Source: a virus. From it: DNA of 64,000 nt. The stretch covers positions 1 through 64,000 of IMG/VR virus record IMGVR_UViG_3300038468_000223. One strand, 5' to 3'. Position numbers and translations under genes: made by a program. A model generated the notes under the pieces. It had not been told where the DNA came from, made no database searches, and saw only the letters and a program-made list of their open reading frames with translations. Positions 1 to 7,527 of this stretch are shown here, piece after piece; the first letter of the stretch is position 1, and every line of letters begins with the position of its first letter.

Positions 1-477
1 CCCGACCTGCCGAGCGTGCTCGACGCGGAGGAGGGCGACGGGCGCCCCGGCATCGAGATCGTCACCGCCTGCAGGGCGTGGCTCGACGTGGTCGCGGCGG
101 CCGAGCACCGGACGCCGATCGTCTACACGGGTAGCGGATTCTGGGACCAGCTCCCCTCTTCTGACGTCCCCTCGACGTCGTCCTTGTGGACCGCCAACTG
201 GACGCAGGGTTGCCCCCTCATGCCGGCCGGCTGGGACGCGTGGGAGTTCTGGCAGTACAGCAGCAAGGGCAGCGTGCCGGGCATCGGCACCGCGGTGGAT
301 CTCGACCGCTTCAACGGCTCGCTCGAGGAGCTGCGCGCGTTCGCCGGCACCACGTTCACCGGCGCGCCGACCTCGCCCACCATCGCTGCGGCCTCCGCGT
401 GGCCCGTCGCACTAGCGGGGCTCGGCGCCCTCGGGACCCTCGGCGCCGTCCTCTGGAGCCGGCGTCGCGCGCGGTGA
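1..477 (+). CDS. GH25 muramidase (lysozyme M1-like), 5'-truncated, with C-terminal transmembrane anchor
   Basis: LDAE (DxE) motif, IVYTG, LWTANW, WEFWQYSSKGSVPGI and VDLDRFNGS are GH25 hallmarks; hydrophobic C-terminal helix followed by RRRAR. Confidence 0.85.
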   Translation, partial: PDLPSVLDAEEGDGRPGIEIVTACRAWLDVVAAAEHRTPIVYTGSGFWDQLPSSDVPSTSSLWTANWTQGCPLMPAGWDAWEFWQYSSKGSVPGIGTAVDLDRFNGSLEELRAFAGTTFTGAPTSPTIAAASAWPVALAGLGALGTLGAVLWSRRRAR

Positions 478-485
478 GGCACATT

Positions 486-971
486 TCATCGACGGCAGAT
501 CTCGAGTGGATGCACACGCATCATCTCTGCGGGAATGATGTGATCAATGAGCCCGCTATCCGGTGAGATTTCTGTAAACCAACTCAACGGAATGTTGTTG
601 ATTTCTAGCAACACGAGAGGCGCTTTGGCTAGAAAGTGTGGATAGCAAGCAATGGTAATAGCGTCTTCGTAGGAAAAGATGATGCCGGTACCCCTAACGT
701 ATGTTCGCTTATACCCACCACTGTTTGTGTGAACAACTGATGGATGGATTGATCTGTTCGGATCCAGACCGAATCGTAGGATGGATCTTAGTGAGGCCCG
801 ACTGGTTACGTGATATCCCGCATCGATTTTATGTGACAGTAGCGTCGGGTTGATCTCGTTCCTAAACACGGGATAGATCGCGTTCCATCCAAGCTTCTTG
901 GTAGGAAACTTACGTCGTGTCTGGCGCACTATTGGGAGCAGCACACGACGATGCAACTCCGCGTAGTTCAT
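486..971 (-). CDS. Low-GC hypothetical protein, possible ADP-ribosyltransferase fold
   Basis: ATG at 971; YHVTSRASLRSILRFGL resembles the H-x-T...SI..GL ART/Tpt1/DarT N-terminal motif; visibly AT-richer than its flanks. Confidence 0.5.
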   Translation of the reverse strand: MNYAELHRRVLLPIVRQTRRKFPTKKLGWNAIYPVFRNEINPTLLSHKIDAGYHVTSRASLRSILRFGLDPNRSIHPSVVHTNSGGYKRTYVRGTGIIFSYEDAITIACYPHFLAKAPLVLLEINNIPLSWFTEISPDSGLIDHIIPAEMMRVHPLEICRR

Positions 972-1162
972 CAGACCTCGAGAACCTCTGGGTTCTGCGG
1001 CACGAACGACGGCTGCTGCTGCTGCTGTGGCGGCACCGGCGGCAACGCGCTCGGCGCCGGAGCCGGCGACGCCGCGGGTGCGGTGAGGGTCTTGTAGAGC
1101 AGGCACGCACCGAAGCCGATGAGGACGCCGGCGCCGAGCGTGATCAGGTTGACGTTCTTCAT
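971..1162 (-). CDS. Small membrane protein
   Basis: N-terminal hydrophobic helix and P/Q-rich tail; translationally coupled to both neighbours. Confidence 0.6.
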   Translation of the reverse strand: MKNVNLITLGAGVLIGFGACLLYKTLTAPAASPAPAPSALPPVPPQQQQQPSFVPQNPEVLEV

Positions 1163-1701
1163 CGTTTCTTTCCCTTCAGCCACATCACGAGGAACCCCGC
1201 AGCGAAGCCGCCGACGACGATGAGGGCGTACTTGATGCCGGAGGCGGCCGCCGGCGAGACGACCCGCTGCACGAGCGTCGGCGCCCAGCGCACGACGGCG
1301 GCCTCCTGCAGCAGGGGGTAGGGGTTCACCGCGTCGCCGCCGTCCGGGTGGACCTCGAAGTGCAGGTGGTTGATGCCGGTCTGCGCGGCGTTGCCGGTCA
1401 TCCCCACGTAGCCGATCACGTCGCCGGCCTTCACCGCACGAGCCTTGCCCTCGAACCCGTTCAGGTGCGCGTAGTAGTAGCGCGTGCGGTCGGGAGCGTT
1501 GAGGGTGGCGACGTTGCCGCCGAGCGGGTCGGTGCCGAACTTCACCGCCCCGTCGTCGACGGCGACGACCGGGGTCCCCTCGTCGGCCAAGATGTCGGTC
1601 CCCTTGTGCGTGCGTCCGCCGCTGCGCGGGGCGCCCCACGTGTCCGAGTAGCTCGGGGAGCCCTTGGGCGTCGAGACGACGGGGAAGACCTGCATCGGCA
1701 T
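1159..1701 (-). CDS. M23 family peptidoglycan endopeptidase with C-terminal TM anchor
   Basis: HKGTD, YYYAHL and HLHFEV zinc motifs; C-terminal hydrophobic helix followed by KGKKR. Confidence 0.9.
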   Translation of the reverse strand: MPMQVFPVVSTPKGSPSYSDTWGAPRSGGRTHKGTDILADEGTPVVAVDDGAVKFGTDPLGGNVATLNAPDRTRYYYAHLNGFEGKARAVKAGDVIGYVGMTGNAAQTGINHLHFEVHPDGGDAVNPYPLLQEAAVVRWAPTLVQRVVSPAAASGIKYALIVVGGFAAGFLVMWLKGKKR

Positions 1702-1742
1702 GGGTCTACTCTACCCGATCCGTGCGGCGCGGGCGCGCGCCG

Positions 1743-2493
1743 TCACGCGCGGAGCCGCGCGACCAGCTTGTCGAACTCGGTCTTGTCCTTCTCCACGACG
1801 ACGAACCGTCGTCCGAGCTTGCGCGCCGCCGCCGCCGTGGTCCCCGAGCCCGCGAACGGGTCGAGCACCCACTCCCCGGGCTCCATGTGCACCTCGATCG
1901 GGATCTCGCAGACCCGCTCGGGCTTCTGCGCCTCGTGGATCTTGCCCTTCAAGATCTCGGTGACGTCGGTCCAGACGTTGGACCTGCGGAGGTACTTGCT
2001 CTTGGCCGGGTACTTCGCGTTGAACCCGGCGTAGCCGCGCTCCTCCTCGAGCAGCGGCACGACGAACCGACGCGGCTCCTTCGGATCGCCGAGGACGAAG
2101 TACGCCAGCTCCTCGCGCGTGAAGAGGTAGCCCCACTGGATGCCGTACCCGCGGCGCTTCTTCCAGGTGATGAGCGTCGAGAGCTGGAAGGGCGTGAGGC
2201 GCTCCACCACCGATAGGTAGCGAAAGAACGGCCGAAAGGTTGGCCTGCCGATGCCGCCCCAGACGTAGAGCGCGCCGCCCGGCAACGTCAGCTTGCTCAG
2301 GCAGATCGTCCAGTCGACCATCCACCCGATCGTCGACGTCGATGTCGTCCCAAGCCGCGGACACGATGTTGCCGTAGGGAGGGTCGGCGATGACGAGGGG
2401 GAAGCTTGGTTGCCTCGCGCAGATCGCCAGCACTCCCGGGCTCGGGAAGGTCCCGCGGATGGCAATGCCGTCGGGGAAGGTGACGGTCTTCAC
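1743..2493 (-). pseudogene. N6/N4 DNA methyltransferase split by a frameshift near 2330
   Basis: IADPPY motif lies in one frame; SNVW..HEAQKP and VLDPFAGSGTT lie in another. Confidence 0.8.
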
Positions 2494-2870
2494 TTCGGCA
2501 CGCAGATGTTGGCCGCCTCGTAGCAGCAACGCGCCGCCGGACACGGGCACCAGATCAGGACGTCACCGGCGAGTTCGACCTGCACCTTCTGGTAGTACTC
2601 GAGCGTCGCCGGACAGACGGCCCCGCCGGCGTCGCGGGCGTCGGGCACGTCGACGTCGCGAGCGTCGGGGGCGCCGGCATCGGTAGGGGGCGGCGGCACC
2701 GAACCGTCGGCGCCGTCCGGTGACACGCCCGCGTCCTCGCCGCCGGCGTCGCGCCCGAGGCCGGCGCCGCCCTCCGGCCCGTCGAAGAGACCCTCGGTGA
2801 ACGGGGACCCACTGCACCCCGCGAGGCCCAGGAGCCCGACGACCAACACCCAGTGCACCCCGACGTTCAT
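2490..2870 (-). CDS. Cys-rich lipoprotein (paralog of 20011-20337)
   Basis: Lipobox LAGC, DAG-rich linker, C-terminal CPAT.EYYQ...WCPCP..CCY...C motif. Confidence 0.75.
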   Translation of the reverse strand: MNVGVHWVLVVGLLGLAGCSGSPFTEGLFDGPEGGAGLGRDAGGEDAGVSPDGADGSVPPPPTDAGAPDARDVDVPDARDAGGAVCPATLEYYQKVQVELAGDVLIWCPCPAARCCYEAANICVPK

Positions 2871-3026
2871 CTCGAAGTCCCTTCCGTTCGAACCTTGATC
2901 AGCATCTCGATCGCTTCCGGCGTCATCGTTCGGGCGCACCGAAGACACTCCGAGTACGACCAGCCGGTTCGCTCTTGAAGCGCTCGCGTCTGCTTCTTCT
3001 CTTTGCTCTTCATCGTCATGATGAGT

Positions 3027-3371
3027 CTACCTCGGTACTCTTGTGAGAAGTTCGACGAACTCGCTACAGTCGGGTGGTTTCGTACTGTGATGGTCTTCAC
3101 GAAGATGACCGCAACGCGAACAAAGTTCGGTGGCGAAGACCTCCATGCGTGTTCGATACTCTTGGTCACCTCGCGAACCGTATCCGCCTTCGTCGGCCTC
3201 CCATGATCTTCCGCGTGCTTTGCAGCGCGAACCGCATCGAGGACATGCGACCTCGTTCAGCTCACATTGTGTCGGCACACGAACGTCAAAGACCAGCCCA
3301 CCGAGATCGGCCGATGACTTCGGAGGATGGAAGCAAGAGTGACATTCGAACGAGTACCAGTGATCACTCAT
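3027..3371 (-). CDS. Zn-finger hypothetical protein
   Basis: Several CxxC pairs. Confidence 0.55.
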   Translation of the reverse strand: MSDHWYSFECHSCFHPPKSSADLGGLVFDVRVPTQCELNEVACPRCGSRCKARGRSWEADEGGYGSRGDQEYRTRMEVFATELCSRCGHLREDHHSTKPPDCSEFVELLTRVPR

Positions 3372-3395
3372 GAACGTCGAGGCCCCACAGGGTGT

Positions 3396-3707
3396 TTACG
3401 CGAACGGCTCAAGGAAGGTGAGATCCTTGCCGAGTTCGGCGGCGCGGGCGATGCCGCGGCGGGTGGTCTCGCCGATGTAGCCGTTGTAGTTGACGACGAA
3501 GACCTCGCCGGCGAGCGCGACCTTCGCGAGCATCAGCTCGTCGAGCATCTCCTTCTGCACGCTGGTGATCGGCACCATGTCGACGTGGTGGAAGAAGCCC
3601 GCGACCAGCACGATCTTGCCCTTGAGGGTCTCGCGCTGCGCGATGCCAAGGTGGAACTGCTTGAACCTGGTGGAGCCGATGATCGCGACGATCGTGGGCC
3701 TGGGCAT
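3396..3707 (-). CDS. Hypothetical Rossmann-like phage protein
   Basis: IIGSTRF...VFVVNYNGYIGETT pattern, typical of DUF4406 / deoxyribosyltransferase-like proteins. Confidence 0.6.
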   Translation of the reverse strand: MPRPTIVAIIGSTRFKQFHLGIAQRETLKGKIVLVAGFFHHVDMVPITSVQKEMLDELMLAKVALAGEVFVVNYNGYIGETTRRGIARAAELGKDLTFLEPFA

Positions 3708-3895
3708 CAGGCACCTCCTTCGAGTCGCGCTTGCACGTGCGTGATCGTGGCGGACCGCACCTCGAGCCCCGCGAGCATGCGGGTGATCGTCGAGTGGGAG
3801 ATGCCGAGCTTCTTCGAGCTGTTCCTCAGCCCTTCCCTGTCGACGAGGGCTCGGAGCTTGATCTGCAGGGCCTTGGGTGTGATCGCGTCGCTCAT
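3707..3895 (-). CDS. Small helix-turn-helix regulator divergent from the cas gene
   Basis: GLRNSSKKLGISHSTITRMLAG HTH pattern. Confidence 0.7.
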   Translation of the reverse strand: MSDAITPKALQIKLRALVDREGLRNSSKKLGISHSTITRMLAGLEVRSATITHVQARLEGGA

Positions 3896-3907
3896 GTCGA
3901 TCGGAGC

Positions 3908-3950
3908 TTGACACCGTTCGTTCTAGGAGTCAACATCCGAACCGTTGACA
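3908..3950. promoter_or_regulatory. Divergent promoter/operator region
   Basis: TTGACA at 3908 and 3945; inverted repeat TTGAC-N16-GTCAA (3908-3933); CAACAT lies 17 nt after the first TTGACA. Confidence 0.5.
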
Positions 3951-3959
3951 GTCGCCGCG

Positions 3960-4135
3960 AACAAAAATCGTCTGTTGGAGGAGCCATGTCTCTGCGTACC
4001 GGGTCGACTCCACGACCTGTAGGCGAATCAGTCGAAGGACACAGCGGAGGATCTGCCGCGGAAGAGAGCCCCTCGACGCTCGCCAATCGCCCCTCTGGGG
4101 CCACTCCAACTGCCTCCCCGCAAGGGGAGTGCGGA
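3960..4135 (+). ncRNA. Candidate tracrRNA
   Basis: ACTCCAACTGCCT (4103-4115) can form 13 contiguous pairs (3 G:U) with repeat segment GGGTGGTTGGAGT and runs into a CTCCCC-GCAA-GGGGAG hairpin; hairpin GGTCG-ACTCCA-CGACC (4002-4017) has a loop complementary to repeat TGGAG; boundaries approximate. Confidence 0.6.
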
Positions 4136-5668
4136 GACGTGGCTCCTTCAGCAGACGATGAAGTCATCTGCGCCAAGTGCGGCAAGCCGCAGGTCCACAA
4201 GGACGACGGCAAGAAGCAGGAGGTCTGCTCCTGCATCAAGATCGTCCGGGCTACGACGCGGTTCCAGATCGACCTGACGTCGCTCAGCCCCAAGGCCCCG
4301 CCGGGGGCCAAGCGGCCGCTGTCGCCGGCGGAGAAGGCGCTGCGCGACGCGCTGCAGGACGTCGCCGTGCTCGCGACGACGGCGCGCAACGTCGCGATGC
4401 GCGCGAACTACGGCGCCGACTCCAAGAGCCTCGACGACTACCTCCTCGAGCACGGCGAGATGCCGCGGAAGTCTGCGGACTGGTGCACGACGAAGCTCTA
4501 CTCGTACCCGAAGATCCGCGCGGCGGTCCCTCGGCTCTCGAGCAACATCGCCGCCACGCTGCAGCGCGAGATCGATCGGAAGTGGTCGCAGGTCCGCTTC
4601 GACGTCCTCATCCGCCAGATCGACTCGTGCCCGCACTTCCGCGTCGGCCAGCCGGTGCCGGTCCCCGCATCCTCGCTCAGGATGCGCAAGCGCGAGGACG
4701 GCGCGCTCGTCCTGTCCTTCTCGCTCTACTCCGGGGCCCACGACGGCGTGAAGAGCGTCGAGGTCCCGATGATCGCGCGCGACGACCACCAGCGGGAGCT
4801 GCTGGAGAAGATCGCGACGGGCGAGTACAAGTACGGGCAGGCGATGATCGAGCGCGATCGGCTGCGGCCGTCGCGGTGGTACCTGCGCCTGGCGTACACG
4901 CGCAAGGTCCCCAAGCGCACCGAGGGGATCGTGGCCGGCGTGCATCGCGGCATCAAGACGTTCCTCTGCGCCGTCACCGCCGACGGCGAGCAGTGGCTCT
5001 ACGACGGCTACGACATCGAGGCGTACCTGAAGCAGGTGCAGCGCCGCCGGCGTCGGATCCAGAACAGCGTCGTCGCGAGCGCACGCGTCGGCCACGGGCG
5101 ACGCCGCGTGCTCACGCCGATCTCGCATCTGCAGGACAAGGCGGCGCGGTGGCGCGCGACGCGGTGCCAGGTGATCGCGCGGCGCCTGGCGCAGTGGCTC
5201 TCGGACCGCAACGTGCGGCGCGTCTACCTCGACGACTTCGTCGGCATCCGCAACGGGCTGCCCGAGCAGCTCGAGGGGGGCCAGACGACCTGGCAGCGGA
5301 TCCAGGAGTGGCCCTTCTACGAGATGCAGATGCGCTTGATCGCGTGCCTGCAGGAGTACGGCATCGAGACCGTCGTCCGGCCCGCGGCGTACATCTCGCA
5401 GCGGTGCCCCCGCTGCGGTCACGTCGCGCAGGAGAACGTCGACCTGAAGTTCTGGTGCGTGCGCTGCACGAAGTGCCGGTTCAAGAAGCACCTCGACATC
5501 AGCGCCGGCATGAACCTCATCGCGAGCGGCGAGGCGGCGTCGAAGGGCGAGCCTAGTGATTTCCTGCGGATGCAGGAGAAGATAGAGGAGGTCCGGAGGG
5601 GCGCTCGCAGAGCGAGTCGCAAGAGCACGAAATCAAAGGAGGCCGACGCGCGGGGGCGGAAGGCGTGA
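3986..5668 (+). CDS. cas12f: Cas12f-like (type V, TnpB-derived) effector with altered RuvC catalytic residues; start may be GTG 4139
   Basis: GHGRRRVLTPISHLQDKAARWR and WPFYEMQ..GIETVVRPAAYISQRCPRCG..CTKC..HLDISAGMNL match the Cas12f/TnpB layout; RuvC-I is GVHRG (D to H) and RuvC-II is YLDDF (E to D); directly abuts a CRISPR array. Confidence 0.85.
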   Translation: MSLRTGSTPRPVGESVEGHSGGSAAEESPSTLANRPSGATPTASPQGECGDVAPSADDEVICAKCGKPQVHKDDGKKQEVCSCIKIVRATTRFQIDLTSLSPKAPPGAKRPLSPAEKALRDALQDVAVLATTARNVAMRANYGADSKSLDDYLLEHGEMPRKSADWCTTKLYSYPKIRAAVPRLSSNIAATLQREIDRKWSQVRFDVLIRQIDSCPHFRVGQPVPVPASSLRMRKREDGALVLSFSLYSGAHDGVKSVEVPMIARDDHQRELLEKIATGEYKYGQAMIERDRLRPSRWYLRLAYTRKVPKRTEGIVAGVHRGIKTFLCAVTADGEQWLYDGYDIEAYLKQVQRRRRRIQNSVVASARVGHGRRRVLTPISHLQDKAARWRATRCQVIARRLAQWLSDRNVRRVYLDDFVGIRNGLPEQLEGGQTTWQRIQEWPFYEMQMRLIACLQEYGIETVVRPAAYISQRCPRCGHVAQENVDLKFWCVRCTKCRFKKHLDISAGMNLIASGEAASKGEPSDFLRMQEKIEEVRRGARRASRKSTKSKEADARGRKA

Positions 5669-7074
5669 GCGGGTGGTTGGAGTTTGGAGGCGCTGCGTGG
5701 TGGACCTCACGATCGATCCAAGGACCGGCGGAAGGCGTGAGCGGGTGGTTGGAGTTTGGAGGCCGGCGAGCGTCCAGCGGCGCGCGCTCGCGGCACGACC
5801 CCAGGCGGAAGGCGTGAGCGGGTGGTTGGAGTTTGGAGGCGTCACGAGGCGCCGCAACGTCTCATCACTGGCGCGGGGGCGGAAGGCGTGAGCGGGTGGT
5901 TGGAGTTTGGAGGGGAAACTAGGAGGTCCCCCCCGAACGGAGGCGGAAGGCGTGAGCGGGTGGTTGGAGTTTGGGAGGTGGTGCGCGAGCCGAAAGAACG
6001 CTTCGCTGACGTGCGGCGGAAGGCGTGAGCGGGTGGTTGGAGTTTGGAGGCACTTGCTCGTGAGCGCGTCGACGAGCCCTTCCGGGCGGAAGGCGTGAGC
6101 GGGTGGTTGGAGTTTGGAGGCAGGCGTCTTGGCCGCACTGGGACTCTTGGCGGAAGGCGTGAGCGGGGTGGTTGGAGTTTGGAGGATGGCGTACACCGAC
6201 GAGGAACTGAGCGAGATCTAGGCGGAAGGCGTGAGCGGGTGGTTGGAGCTTGGAGGATCGCCCGCGTCCGCGCGCGGCGGAAGGCGTGAGCGGGTGGTTG
6301 GAGTTTGGAGGGACTGACGCCGCATCACCGCTCTGGGGTTGTGGCGCAGACGGAAAGCGGGAAGGCGTGAGCGGGTGGTTGGAGTTTGGAGGGTCGAGAA
6401 GCTCCCTGCGTTCTATGTGAACCCGACGAGACGGAAGGCGTTGGAGTTTGGAGGATGGCCAAGGGAAAGAACCAGCACGTCGTCCCCCAGACGGAAGGCG
6501 TGAGCGGGTGGTTGGAGTTTGGAGGTCTTTGCGCGTCCGCCCGAGCACATGTCGATGGCCGAGACGGAAGGCGTGAGCGGGTGGTTGGAGTTTGGAGGAA
6601 CTCCTCGCGGCGCCGTGCAAGCTCGGCCGGCGTGAACGGGTGGTTGGAGGTTTGGAGGGCCGCCGGGCGCTATGCGTCGCGCTCGCGACGTCCGAGCCGG
6701 CGAAGGGCGTGAGCGGGTGGTTGGAGTTGGGAGGATGTGGATCCTCCGACGACGGCGGGGTGGCGTTCATCCGCGCCCGCGCCGGGCGGAAGTCGTGGTT
6801 GGAGTTTGGAGTGGAGTGGAGGATCGCCTTCGTGCGATGGCGTAAGTGGGGGAGTTTGCTTGGCGGAGGGAGGGAACGTTGGAGCTGGAGGAGCGTGACG
6901 GCGTCGACGCCGCAGTGGAGGGCGGGTGGTTGGAGTTTGAAGGCACGGTGGCGTTCATCCGCGCCCGCGCCGGGCGGAAGGCGTGAGTGGGTGGTTGGAG
7001 TTGGAGGCTCGACGACGGATGGCTGCCGAAGCACCCGCGGCGGAAGGCGTGAGCGGGTGGTTGGAGTTTGGAGG
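5655..7074 (+). CRISPR. CRISPR array, repeat GGCGGAAGGCGTGAGCGGGTGGTTGGAGTTTGGAGG (36 bp), about 20-22 repeats
   Basis: Near-exact repeats start at 5655, 5727, 5804, 5878, 5942, 6015, 6085, 6149, 6221, 6276, 6490, 6563, 6973 and 7039; degenerate or deleted copies near 6357, 6430 and 6625-6945; unique spacers of about 19-50 nt. Confidence 0.95.
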
Positions 7075-7139
7075 TACGTCCGGAGACGCATCAAGCGGAC
7101 TCTCGGCTCTCGCAAGAAGAAGCCGTCGCCCCACGTCGA

Positions 7140-7433
7140 ATGAGCGAGAACATGCGTACTACATGGGTCGCCAGAGACGTGCAGGCCGGTTGCTTCGCCT
7201 GCTACGGCTTCGAGGCGCACTGGTTTGGTGGAAACGCACAAGGTGTCGCAGCTCGCCACCATGATGCAACCGGCCATGAGACTTGGTGCGATGTCGCAAT
7301 GTCGATCCGATATGGTGGCGACGGCTCAACCGCCTCACACCAAGAAGCGCCCCCGGGATCGCGCCCCACGTTGAACAAGGTGAACCGCAGATCGACCGGC
7401 CGGAGCGGAAGTAAGAGAACGACGCGTGTATAA
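7140..7433 (+). CDS. Hypothetical protein
   Basis: ATG at 7140; CxxC and HH..GH pattern. Confidence 0.55.
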   Translation: MSENMRTTWVARDVQAGCFACYGFEAHWFGGNAQGVAARHHDATGHETWCDVAMSIRYGGDGSTASHQEAPPGSRPTLNKVNRRSTGRSGSKRTTRV

Positions 7434-7482
7434 TACACGTCGCCGCAGTTGGAGGGAGGCGGAGGTTCCGCGTGCCCCAGGA

Positions 7483-7510
7483 GGTGGGGCTAATGTATAT
7501 TAGAGGTCGA
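7483..7510 (+). other. dif-like recombination site
   Basis: GGTGGGGCTAA-TGTATA-TTAGAGGTCGA compared with E. coli dif GGTGCGCATAA-TGTATA-TTATGTTAAAT; 17 bp upstream of a tyrosine recombinase. Confidence 0.55.
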
Positions 7511-7527
7511 AAGGAAGTGCTCGCACG

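Noticed and set aside
3986-5668. IS200/IS605 TnpB transposon or a CAST
   Set aside because: No TnpA, TnsB/C/TniQ or transposon ends are visible; a true repeat-spacer array and an anti-repeat are present instead.
6735-6755. Spacer ATGTGGATCCTCCGACGACG resembling the dispersed motif
   Set aside because: Only a loose, gapped similarity in GC-rich DNA; it cannot be told from chance.
5633-7277. Long ORFs over the array (for example 5919-7277 on the minus strand)
   Set aside because: They are translations of CRISPR repeats (recurrent PPNSNHPLTPS and LQTPTTRSR).
7445-7465. GTTGGAGGGAGG as an orphan CRISPR repeat
   Set aside because: Too short and too far from the array to support.
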